Both the position numbers and the translations under genes were made by a program. 52,897 nt of DNA from Chiloscyllium plagiosum. Lineage: Eukaryota. Positions 11,770 through 22,867 of the stretch are shown here, piece after piece. The notes beneath the pieces are model-generated. The model made no database searches. It was given only the letters and a program-made list of their open reading frames with translations, and was not told where the DNA came from. Each line of letters starts with the position of its first letter. The stretch's first letter is position 1. The stretch is taken from positions 102,634,315-102,687,211 of the forward strand of contig NC_057718.1 of assembly GCF_004010195.1 (NCBI RefSeq), given 5' to 3'.

Positions 11770-13750
11770 ATGGAAGGAAAACAAAGTTTTGGAGAAACTC
11801 AGCAAACTTGGAGAGAAAACAGAGTTAACGTTTTGAGTCCATTTTGACTCTTTTTCAGAAACTAAATGGGGCTGAAAAATGATGGTTTTTGTGCAGTTGA
11901 CAAAGTGGGAGGGGATTGAATGGAACATACCGTGGGGTTACCAAGAACAAAAGTCAAATGAAGTGCTAATGGTAGTAAAGGAGAAATCTACATGCAAGAT
12001 AGGTGTTAATGACAGATGTAAATATTCAAAAATAGGTTGACTTTGAAGAGCAAAACCATTCAAAAGAGAAAATTCAGAGGAGACTCAGCAGAGAAAACAT
12101 AGAGTTAACATTTTGAGTCTGATATGACCCCTATTAACATTTGCTGCCAGACCTGCTGAGTTAATCCAGCATTTTCTCTTTTCGTTACATAGTTCAGCAG
12201 TCATAGTTTCCTTTTGTTTTTTTGCAAACCAGATGTGGGGAGAGAGGTTGTAATCAGAATTCATGTTCTGAAGTTATCAGATTCTTATTTTCTCCTGAAG
12301 CCTATAAGGTTTCTTACATTGGGTTTTGCTGGAGCATTGCACTAGGGCCGGGGACAGAAGTGTTACCACAAGAGCCAGATGATGCATTGGCAAGCAACTA
12401 CTGTATAAGGTCAACATCATTCGTTACAGACAGAGCAGAGGTGTTCTGCAAAGCAGCTGTTTTATCTGCATTGGACCTGCAGAAACCATTCCTTATGCGT
12501 GAAATGTCGACTTTCCTGCTCCTCGGATCATGCCTGACTGGCTGTACTTTTCCAGCACCACACTCTTCGACTCTGCATTTGACCTCTACTATGTAAGGAA
12601 AACCATACTGTCAGCAGCAGATACAGTAGACTAGATCAGCACGAATGTGAATAAAACTCTGCTTCATCTTGAAGATGTGCTTGGATTCTTGGACAGGGAG
12701 GTGGAGAGAAGTAAAAGACAAGTGTTACACCTTCTGCGACTCCATTAGAACTGACTTGAAGGAGTGACAGAGGGGTGTCACAGACAGGATGCTGACAAGG
12801 TAAAAGTGTGATGGGGGGGATATATTCGGTGTTGTATCTTGCTAGACATGGTGGAAGATCATCCTTTGAATGTGGAGAACGGTGGGATGGAATGTGAAGA
12901 CAAAGGGTTCCTATCATTGTCCTGGGATGAAGGGGAATGGGTGATGGCAGAAGGTTGGAAAATGGGTCAGATATGTTTCAGGTCCTGTCAATTATGGTGG
13001 GAGAGAAAGAATCCTTGGTTGAGGCAAAAGGGAGATGCGTTGGATACATTTTTGTAGAAGGTATCATCAACAACACATTGATGGAGAAACTGGGAGAATG
13101 GAGTCCTTGCAGGTTGTGTGAGCAAGTGTAGTCAGGGTAACTGTGGGAGTCATTGGGTTTGTTGTGGATATCATTGTTTCCATTTCTAGGGACAATGACG
13201 TCAAAGATGGAAAGGAAAGATTCAGGGAAAGACGAGGTGAAGGTGTGAGAAGGATGGCAGTTGATGACATTTTTTAAATTTGGGAAGAGAGCAAGAAGCA
13301 GCTCTGACAATGTCATTGATATACAGGAGAAAGAGATGTGGGAGGGCCCTGAGTAGGACTGGAACAAATATATTCCACAAACGTCACAAAGAAACAGCAC
13401 ATCACCCATACACATGCCCACAATGACACCTTTGACTTGGAGAAAATGGGACAAAGTGAGAACAAGCTGAGCCAGGTGAAGAGTACTGAGGTGGATGGTG
13501 ACTATTCAGACATCTTTCCAGCCCATGGTGGAGGTGTAAAGGTATTAGATATCCATACTGAAGAGGCAGTGGCTGGGGCCACAAAAGTGGGAGTTTGAGG
13601 AACTGATGTGTAATGTCAGCAGAATCACAAATCTTAGTGGAAAGAGACAGGAAACTGTTAACTCTGTTTCTCTTGACATGGATACTGCTAGATCTGCTGA
13701 GTTTCTCCAGTATTTTGTTTTCATTTCAAATCTCAGCATCTGCAATATTC
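11770..13750. mobile_element. Cluster of decayed PLE fragments (RT/EN region mostly on -, plus pLTR ends)
   Basis: Degenerate QVKGV..GMCMG, YNKPNDSHSYPDYT and SPFS motifs. pLTR tails (gacctgctgagtttctccagcattt) in both orientations. Confidence 0.6.
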
Positions 13751-13923
13751 TGCATCTATTTGTCAAATCATGGATTTCATGCAACTCAATCTGCATGCAA
13801 AAGTCGAAAGCATCTATTCTGTTTGAGATTGTTTTATTCTGAGAGGCTTGGGAGGGAAATCACATCAGTTGACTTGTTTATTTTTCCCTGAACACATTCA
13901 TGCGGTGGTGCCTTCATGGAAAG

Positions 13924-14039
13924 GTCATGCCTACAGCTCCCAGGAGCGCTGTGTGTGCGCTGGATATGACAATGGTGATATCAAGCTATTTGATCTAAGA
14001 ACTATGTCGCTCCGTTGGGAAAAGAACATCAGGAATGGG
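13924..14039 (+). CDS. WDR92: WDR92 exon 5 ([39 protein letters not shown])
   Basis: aaAG acceptor, GTAAGA donor, 116 nt, phases fit. Confidence 0.95.
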
Positions 14040-14909
14040 GTAAGAAACAAAACTAGATTTTAAACCAGACGTAAAACCCAAAACCACCCCTCTTGTGGTG
14101 AGGAAAATGGAGGTACTTGGCAGAATGCAAAGACAGTGACATAATTGCAGTCAGATTTGAATCAAGCAATCTCCAGTTGACAATTCCATAGTAACCACTT
14201 TTCAGAATATGTTTTCTCCCTCTATTTGTTTTCTATTCCTTTAGTCTTTCTGCCTCTTATATCTTTCCTCATCTTGTTCTCAGTTGGTATCTGTTTATCA
14301 GAGACACTGCTCATGAGACAGTAAGGAGTGTCTTTTTGCCTCACCTTTCTCTTCAGTGGTAAATAGTACTCCGGGAGACCCTGCAAGTTCAGTTTCTCTC
14401 CCCAACTCTCCTTTTTGTCCCCCCAATCAAGTTAACAGGTGGGGAAGTTTGTGTTTGTGCCATTTGGGGTTTTTCAGATACAAATGTCTGGCAAGGGGTT
14501 TTAAGAGAGCATTTGGTCATGGTGGTGAATGTGGGTACAATTGCAATGCTTATTTGGATAGCTATATGAATAGGAAATGTTTGGAGGGCTATGGGCCAGG
14601 AGCAGGCAGATGGGACTAGTTTAATTTGGGATTATGGTCTGCATGAACTGGTTAGATCCAAGGGTTCAGTTTCAGTTCTGTATGACTGAATGGCACAAAG
14701 ACCTAATCTTCATTGTTTATTGGATAGTTGGGGTAGAATTATTCTGTCGCCGTGCCTGAAAATGATTAAAGTAGAGAGTTCGGCCTTGCTCTGCCAAACC
14801 AGTTTCAGCTCAGACATCAAGTCTTCTGATTCACATTCAGGGGAATGTGTTTCTAATTGCAACAAAGAAATGTTGGAACTATTCAGTAGGTCAGGCAGCA
14901 TTTATAGAT

Positions 14910-15124
14910 ACAGGTCATTCTGCTATAATGCACATTTTGTTAGCGCGAATTCGTTGTAATGTGATTGAAATTGGGGACGCTGTTTCTAAAGTGTGAAATT
15001 TTAAAACGTGTTGGTCACAATGTGATTACATCGCCAACACTTTCAGCACTGTCTTAACGTGCAATTTTACTGGAATGTGGGATTGCCCAAGATTGCAACT
15101 ATTGCTGTATAGAAGAACTACCTA
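14910..15124. mobile_element. Possible Tc1/pogo-type MITE remnant
   Basis: TA-caggtcattctgctata ... tatagaagaactacct imperfect terminal inverted repeats. Confidence 0.4.
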
Positions 15125-15614
15125 TCAAACAGAATTGATTATATAGACCTAAACTGTTTATCTGAACTCCGTTTTCTCTCCAGGAACGGTATATGCTATT
15201 TTGTAAACTACCAGTTACTTTTCTTTTTGTTCAAATATGTCCAGGATGATGCTTGGTTTAAACGACTCTTAAGTAAAAGCAGGTAGACAGGTTATGACAG
15301 TAGACAGCCTTCTGCTTTTTGAATGTGTGTCATTGGTTTTAACTGCAATACCAAACACTCCTGGCTTTATTTTCATTATTATAGTTACCTTGGCATCAAA
15401 TATCAAAGAAACTTTCAAACATTTGCCAAGAAATAAGCAGTAGCATTCCTTGTAAATTCTAAATGTGCATTTTCTCCTCATTCACTGTGGTAAAACTAAT
15501 TATGCCGATGTGAGTCATGTGTAAATCCTTTTACTTTTGCTCTTAAAATGTCCTATCTTTATAAAAATGATACATTCTCACCATTGACATTTGGGATCTT
15601 CCCTTCCTTTGCAG

Positions 15615-15749
15615 GTCTGTTGTGTTGAGTTTGATAGAAAAGACATCAACATGAATAAGCTGGTGGCTACTTCCTTGGAGGGGAAGTTTCATGTGTTTGA
15701 CATGAGGACCCAGCACCCAACCAAAGGCTTTGCTTCAGTCAGCGAGAAG
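15615..15749 (+). CDS. WDR92: WDR92 exon 6 ([45 protein letters not shown])
   Basis: ttgcAG acceptor, GTATTT donor, 135 nt. Confidence 0.97.
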
Positions 15750-15865
15750 GTATTTGACTTGGAGAAAGCAGAGTTCTTGTGATTTCTGAGGGTGGATATA
15801 GAATGGTGAATCTTGGCTGAAATTTAAAGGACTTGGGTTTTTGTCTCTTTGATAACCAATTTCCT

Positions 15866-15946
15866 ACCAGGATAGCTGAGTGGTTAAGGCATTGGACTTA
15901 AGATCAAATGGACATATGTCTGTGGGTTCAAACCTGACTCCTGGTA
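15866..15946 (+). pseudogene. tRNA-Leu(TAA) pseudogene
   Basis: Colinear with the recalled vertebrate tRNA-Leu-TAA (ACCAGGATGGCCGAGTGGTTAAGGCGTTGGACTTAAGATCC...CCTGGTA), with CpG-type substitutions and a 2 nt deletion. Confidence 0.85.
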
Positions 15947-15957
15947 GCTGCATTTTA

Positions 15958-16308
15958 GGGTGACATGGCAGCTCAGTGGTTAGCACTGCTGCCTCTCAGC
16001 GCCAGGGACCCAGGTTTGGTTTCACCCTCGGGTGACTGTCTGTGTGGAGTTTGCACATTCTCCGCGTGTCTGTGTGGGTTTCTTCCGGGTACTCTGGTTT
16101 CCTCCCACACTCCAAAGTAGTGCAGGTTAGGTGGATTGGTCATGTTAAATTACCCACAGTATGCAGGGATCTGTAGGGTAAATTAGCCAGGAGAAATGCA
16201 GAGTGTTGCAATTGAAGGGTTGGTCTGGGTGGGATGCTGTTCGGAGGGTTGGTGTGAATTCAATGGACTGAATGACCTGCTTCCACACAATAGGGATTCA
16301 GTGATTCT
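15958..16308 (+). mobile_element. HE1-type SINE
   Basis: Same head and body consensus. Confidence 0.85.
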
Positions 16309-18235
16309 GTGAAATTACACAGGCTGCAGTGGGAGTGTCCACTCAAACATAGAATGGCTGTGTCACAACTAGAGGCTGTTTGGCCCATTATGTCTGTGTC
16401 TAATCTCAGAGTGGGCAACTCACTCCCACTCTCCTGGCTTTCTCTGTAGCCTAACAATTCCATTGCTCTTCAGGTAATTCTCTGATGCCCTTACAGAAGC
16501 CACAATTAACCTGCCTTGATCACACTGTTGGTTTCCAGATCCAAACTGCACTACACGCAGCCTTTATAACAGAAGCCAACTTGGAATCAGTCCCACTAAG
16601 AGCATTAGTTTGTAAAACCACCCAGTCAGTACAGTCTTTTAAGTATATCAGATTTCCAGCTGTGATAACTTTATAATAAAGAAGTATGCTGCAGTATGTT
16701 CCAGTTTATTCATGGCAACCATAAAGTAAACATTGTCTCAAAAAACAGATACCAGCTAATACAGAGACAAAAATCTTTCCCAAAAGATTAATGCATAAAT
16801 GGTCCAGGAAAATTCTCAATTATGTGCAAGTAAAGCCTAACACAGTGTTATTAATTGGAAAATGAAAAATAACATTTCAGATTGGTTGTTCCAAGTGCCG
16901 CGTTCATTCTGATCAGTGCATAACTTTTGGATTTTTATGCTTTTCTTGGAGTTTATACTCTGTGTAGGTTTTTGATTTTGGAATCGTGTGAATTGGATAC
17001 AGTTTGGTCACGAAAGGCCAAACAGTTCACTGCTGGAGATGTAATTTGCATTCTATTTCAGACTCAGCCAGTGATCATTGATCATCCCCAGCCCAATAGC
17101 CAGATAGATTTGGGGCCATTAAGTAGGTTTTTGGAGCTCTGTAGTAAGAACAACTCATTCGTTGTGGTTCCTGGATAAGCTGTTGACAGGTGACTGGGAT
17201 TTAGTGCGAATAAGAGCAGGAGGCAGCAGAGTTTTTATTGATCTGCAGTTTTCAGAGGTCAGCCGGAAGAATGCTGGAATAAAAGGTAAAATCACCATGG
17301 TGTCAGAAGGACCATAGGGCTGCTCTCTTTCGCCTCACGTGAGGGGAGAGGAGGAGAAGGTGGGATCTTCATGGTAACCTCAGCTAGTAGGGGAAATGAG
17401 CCCACGTTGTTGGCATCATCCTGTATAACAAACCAGCTGTACAGCCAACAGAACTAACTGAACACCTCACCCTCTCACTGTTGCACGTCCACGAGGTTTG
17501 GATTTTCCTGGGAATTAAATTGAGCCTCGTTCCCTTCACCACCTCTGCCAGAACCTCTGGAGAGGACACTGAGAACCTGTCAGCAGTCTCTTGCTCAGTT
17601 CCTCTTGGCAGCAAAGGTTAGTTATGTCAGAACGAGGGGCAGCAACCAAAGGACATGGTTTCTAAGAGAATTGTTGCAAAATAATCCCTCCCGGGGATTA
17701 TGTTGGTTGAGTGTTTTATTAAAGCTACAAACTGTTTTCAGCTGGAACACGCAGCTTAAAAGGACAGTGCAAGTAGATTCAGTCATTGTTACCAAGTGGA
17801 CAGATAGTGGAAAATGAGAATACTTTCAGGGCTGTTGGGGACAGACCACAGAGTGTGGGGCAAAATTTGATAACACGCTTTAAAAACACCTGGTCCTGAC
17901 AATGGTCTTGCACTGTACTGCGGAAGTTTATATGTGAATTCAAGCCTCCTTCTTCCCTCTTTAAAAGGAGATTTTATTCATGCTTTCTGTAAGCTTCCAA
18001 AGAGCCTGTAGAAAGCCTGTCCTGAAATTGGACTTGAGAGTTAAATTTGGGGGAAATGGGCTTCATTTTGATGGCCCGGGGCAGGTTTCCTGACCAGTTT
18101 AAATTAAAACTCCCCCTGTGAATTTGCTGCAGTGACTCAGTCTGTATCCATTGTAGCTGTCCACTGTGGGTGAAATGGAAGGGAGTGAGATCTGGGAAGC
18201 AGCTCTCTGGTCATTATCATAGATAGCTAGGCCGG

Positions 18236-18386
18236 GTGTGTGTGTGTGTGTGTGTGTGTCTGTGTCTGTGTCTGTGTCTGTGTGTGTGTGTGTCTGTGTG
18301 TGTGTGTGTGTCTTTCTCTCTCTCTATCTCTGTCTCTCTCCGTGTGTCTCTGTCTGTCTCTCTCTCTCTCTCTTTCTCTGTCTCTA
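18236..18386. repeat. Compound microsatellite (TG)n/(TGTGTC)n/(TC)n
   Basis: Read directly. Confidence 0.97.
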
Positions 18387-18454
18387 CCCCTCCACACCCC
18401 CAATTTTTATAATATATAAAAACAATTCTTTCATTTGTCTGCCATTTTCCCCAG

Positions 18455-18552
18455 GCATATAAATCCACCGTCTGGCAGGTCCGCCATTTGCCACAAAACA
18501 GAGACGTTTTCATGACAACAGGAGGTGCTGGTAATCTGCACCTTTGGAAATA
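18455..18552 (+). CDS. WDR92: WDR92 exon 7 ([33 protein letters not shown])
   Basis: ccccAG acceptor, GTGAGT donor, 98 nt. Confidence 0.96.
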
Positions 18553-20268
18553 GTGAGTAACCACCTCCTCACAGTAACATGTTTTAAATACATGTGAAGT
18601 ATCAGCTTTGTGGCTGCTGCTGATGCTTGATGATTGAGCAGTTAAGCATTGGCAAGTTTGAGTTGAGATCAGGGAGCAGGCTTATGTTATGGGGAGACCA
18701 GTTCGGTGATGGGTTCCAGGTGTTGCTAGCTGGGCCGTTGTTTATTGTTCATTTCTAGTTCCTCCTGAAAAGGTGGTGGTAAGCTGCCTTCTTGATCTGC
18801 TGTTGTCGGTTTGGTGTAAGGTACACCCACACAGTGCTGGTAGGGAGGAACGTCCAGGATTGTGACCCAGTGACACTGAAGAAATGACAATATATTTCTC
18901 AGGAGACCAGTGTGTGTGTCTTGGAGGGGAACGTGCAGGTGTTCCTGTGTGTCTGATACATTTGTCCTTTAAGGTGAGAGAGGTTACAGGTTTAGAAGGT
19001 TCTTTGTCAAAAAGGAAAAAAAATGGATTTTGTAGTTTTTTTTCAACATTTGAGGTCAGATTTAAATGCTGATTTTCACCTCATCTCAACTACCACTCCA
19101 GTACAGTCAAGCCTATCTAGCCCCACTGACTTTTCAAAACAAAAACCTGAACCTGGTTGAACTTCTGAATTCAGATATTGCGTGTACTATTTCTGACCCC
19201 AGTGGGACCTCTGACTGAATATTTTGTTGCTGTGTGGGTTTCTGGGTCTCTGGCCTGCTGCTGTTTTTTTTTTAAAAAAAACTAGTTGGCGTCAAACATT
19301 TCTTCAGGGTGTGCTGGCTCCAATGAAATTCTGAAATGCGTGCATCTGGAGAGAGGCTGGAGGTACCTTTTCTGATTATGAAAGACCATGACATCCTTCA
19401 AAATTGACCCTCTTTTGATGTTTATTACTAACAGAATTGCAGATGCGTGACTTGTAAGATATTTAATGATGTGTTATTTAGGTAAACTATGAAGTCCTCT
19501 GCCTCCACTTTGAGGATGTACCCAGGCATTGAGGCTTGTTAAGGAGGGTTTTGATTAACTTTTGTCAACCTCCATCCCAAAAGTAGACATTGTAAAGATC
19601 TTGGGCCCCTTTATCTGTACCATGTTTTTGCTCATTGTGCATTTTAAGGTTTTGACAGCCACGTAAGTCATAAAATCAAACCTGAGTTCTGATACATGTT
19701 GATGTTTTGGGGCAGTGTCTAATTTTTAATTTTGTACAAGTGGGTTTCCAGCAGTTTTCTATTTTGAAATTGGGAGGTGGGTTGAGTGCAAGATTTGAGA
19801 GGTGTGGAAGTCAGTTCTTTCTTTTATAGCTAAGCATTGGAACTTACTCCCAGATTCGGATAATAGCGGTGGTTTTTATTTATTTGTAGAATGCTGAGAA
19901 TTTGACTTTGTTTCCTCTGTCTAGTTCTTTGAGGTCCTTAAGGAGGGTTTTCATTTTTGACTCTGTGCAGTATCTGATAAGGATTGATAACAAAAAGATC
20001 CTGTCTTAATTCATGTGTCAGAATCATGACTTTGTAGTGTGCAAGACAAAAGTTTATAAAGCGCCATTTACAGCAATTCTACACTTTGGAAGAACATTTG
20101 AGGGATAGAGCTGGTGAGTGGGTCTCATTGTGACTAGCTGTTATTATAGGACTGTGGGGGTTGAATATCCTTCTGTCTACCTTGTTGTGTGCTATTTATT
20201 GTCAGGGCAATAGCTGAAAGGTATGGTTGTCTGAAACTGACATGTCCCTCTTCTCATGTGTTCCCCAG

Positions 20269-20476
20269 TGAGTACCCTGCCCAGCGTTCAAAAAAGGACT
20301 CTGAGAACATGGATATGGGAGTTGCAGGCACAGTCACACTGCTCCAGAATGTGACTGTGTCCACCCAGCCCATAGGAAGCCTTGACTGGAGCCCAGATAA
20401 GCAGGGCCTCTGTGTCTGCACAGCATTTGACCAAACAGTGCGAGTTCTGATTGCCACAAAACTGAATCGAGTTTAA
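20269..20476 (+). CDS. WDR92: WDR92 exon 8, terminal coding part ([10 protein letters not shown]...[31 protein letters not shown])
   Basis: ccccAG acceptor, TAA stop. Total spliced CDS is 1077 nt = 358 aa plus stop. Confidence 0.97.
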
Positions 20477-20747
20477 CAAATGGAACAAGGTATTATGTAA
20501 ACAGCCAACTCTGATCAACAGCAGATTGTATTCTTTGTACAATATAAAATGTTCCTGATGAATGTATTGAGAATTTGAGGTTTAATATTTTTAATACTGA
20601 ATAGAGAGACATGTTATTGAGTATTTTTTGGCCTCCATACAGGACAAACACAAGAATGCTGAATTTTAAATGATCACAACAATTTCTACTACTGGAGGAA
20701 AGGGCAGACAAATCAGGAGCAGGAGTAGGCTATTCAAGACTGCTTAT

Positions 20748-21082
20748 AGAATCCCAACAATGTGAAAGCGGCTCATTCAACCCACCAAGTCCACAGTGAC
20801 CCTCTGAAAAGCATCCCATCCAGACCGACCCCTCTACCCTATCCCTGTAACCCTACATTCCCCATGGCTAACCCACCCTACCTGCACATCCCTGGACACT
20901 ATGGGACAATTTTTGCATGGCTAATTCACCTAACCTGCACATCTTTAGACAGTGGGAGGGAACTGGAGCACCCAGAAGAAACTCACACAGACACTGGGAG
21001 AATGCAAAGTCCACACGGACAGTCACCCGAATTGAACCCAGGTCCCTGGTGAGGTCGCAGTGCTAACCACTGTACCACCGTG
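20748..21082 (-). mobile_element. HE1-type SINE
   Basis: Same consensus, reverse strand. Confidence 0.85.
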
Positions 21083-21089
21083 TACTCTA

Positions 21090-21620
21090 CCAAAAGATCA
21101 TAGTAAGATCATGCTGGATATTATCGATAGCTTTAAATCCACATTCCTGGCTACTCCATATAAGCATTTATCCCCATGCTTACTTTGCTTAACATGAATA
21201 TATCTCCCTGAGCCTTAAAAATATTCCAGGACTCTCCTCCCATCACCTTTTCAAGGAGAGAGCCAAAAACTCATGCCGCTCTGTGAGAAAATATTTCCGC
21301 TAGTCTCTATTTAAATGTGTGACCCCAGATGTGTGATTTTAAACAGTAACGCCAGATCTAGATTCTCATAGGAGGTAACATTCTTTCCACATCTCAAGAG
21401 CCATCAGGATTATTTATGTTTCACTCAAGTCGCCTCTCACTGGAACAGGTACAAACGTAGATTGTCCAACCTTTCTTCGTGAAGCAACTCATCCATTCCA
21501 GATATGGCTCAGTAAACATTCTTTGAACTGTGTCCAATGCATTTACATCTGCCCTTAAATAAGGTGAACAATACAGTATATAATACATCAGATGCCATCT
21601 CACCCATGCCTATAACTGAA
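21090..21620 (-). mobile_element. Decayed CR1 3' fragment
   Basis: SPYLRADVNALDTVQRMFT motif. Confidence 0.7.
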
Positions 21621-22732
21621 TGGAGCCTGTAACATCAACTGTGATCAATAAAATTTGGCATTCTTTCATTTTGCACCAGTCTGAACTGGTGCAAAACAAA
21701 CCGCTTCATCAGCATGTCTCTTTTCAGCAAATCAATTCTCTCCTACCAAACAATTTATCAATATTTCGTTTAAAAATCATTTGCAAAATAGCTGATATTA
21801 TTTATTTCGTCCTCCCTTTATAGGACATGCTGTGCTGACTATTCTCTTGCTTTTTGATGAGAGTGATTTTGGAGCCCTGTACCACCAGCTAATAAGCCTT
21901 TGTTTGGGTGGATTATGTCCAATTGCGCATCTTGAGAGAACATTTTTCTTCTGATGGTGCTCCACCTGATGGTTTGAATGAGGATTGCTCAGCTGAAGTG
22001 TCAGTCTGATGGCCGTGTTTTGGTAGTGCAACGTTTGCGCTCAGTGACCCCTGCAGACTTGTATTTAAAGTGTTTAAAATGTTGGTTTATTGGGACAATT
22101 CCAGCTTTATATTCAGCTCATGGTTACAAAATTTCCAATTGAAATAGGGTGTGAAGAATTTGCACTTTTTCTTGTAAATTTATACGTAAGGTGTTAAATG
22201 TGTTCACATTCTAGGGGTGTCCAGCTTGGTTGCTATACAGTTGGGTGCTTGTAGAATGCATGATTGAACTGTATCTGATTATGCACACATATAAGCTTCC
22301 ATATAAGAACAGGAGTGCCATACATGTACACACATGTGCGCACACACGCATGTGCATGCATGTAAGCTGCTCCCTTCCCATCACATTTCCAGCTTCTACT
22401 TTTCCCTTTTCTTGAAACTCAAAACAGAAAATCCCATCTCTTTTAACCATTTGGTCTGAAGAATGGTTACAGGCTAATTCCTGTTTGTTACAAAACCTTT
22501 ACTTCCTGATCGGTGAGACATTCACTGTGACAAGAACAGCTTTTTCTTTCTCCATGTGTAAAATAATCTGTGTGCAAGCAATTTCCTTTTTTTTCTTCAC
22601 TGTTTCAGGACAGGGACCTGACATCTAAATTCTGCTGCTATCTTTACTTGGGGAAGTAAATTGTTCTTGGGTTATTATGATCTCCCATAGGGAGAGGTTG
22701 GTTTAAACCTTTTATTTTTAGCCACATTTGTA

Positions 22733-22867
22733 AATAAAGTGAATCCAAAAATATTTCTGGCATTTTGTTTTAAAGTTGAGTTTACTATTTGCTTAACATA
22801 TTTTGCACATTAGTGTGTACATTTGCATGAGAAAGTGTTACTGATAATTTGTCACCTCTCAAATAAA
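22733..22867 (+). terminator. Candidate WDR92 polyadenylation signals (AATAAA at 22733 and 22862; also 21647)
   Basis: Hexamers in AT-rich unique sequence followed by T/GT-rich tracts; which one is used is unknown. Confidence 0.35.

Noticed and set aside
11398..13923. U12-type intron suggested by ttccctgaac and the weak acceptor
   Set aside because: The donor is GTATGT, not GTATCCTT
18217..18564. ORFs with THTH/CVCV repeats
   Set aside because: Translation of a microsatellite
22318..22364. Alternating purine-pyrimidine quasi-palindrome
   Set aside because: Typical decayed (CA)/(TG) microsatellite, with no evidence of function or of a miRNA hairpin
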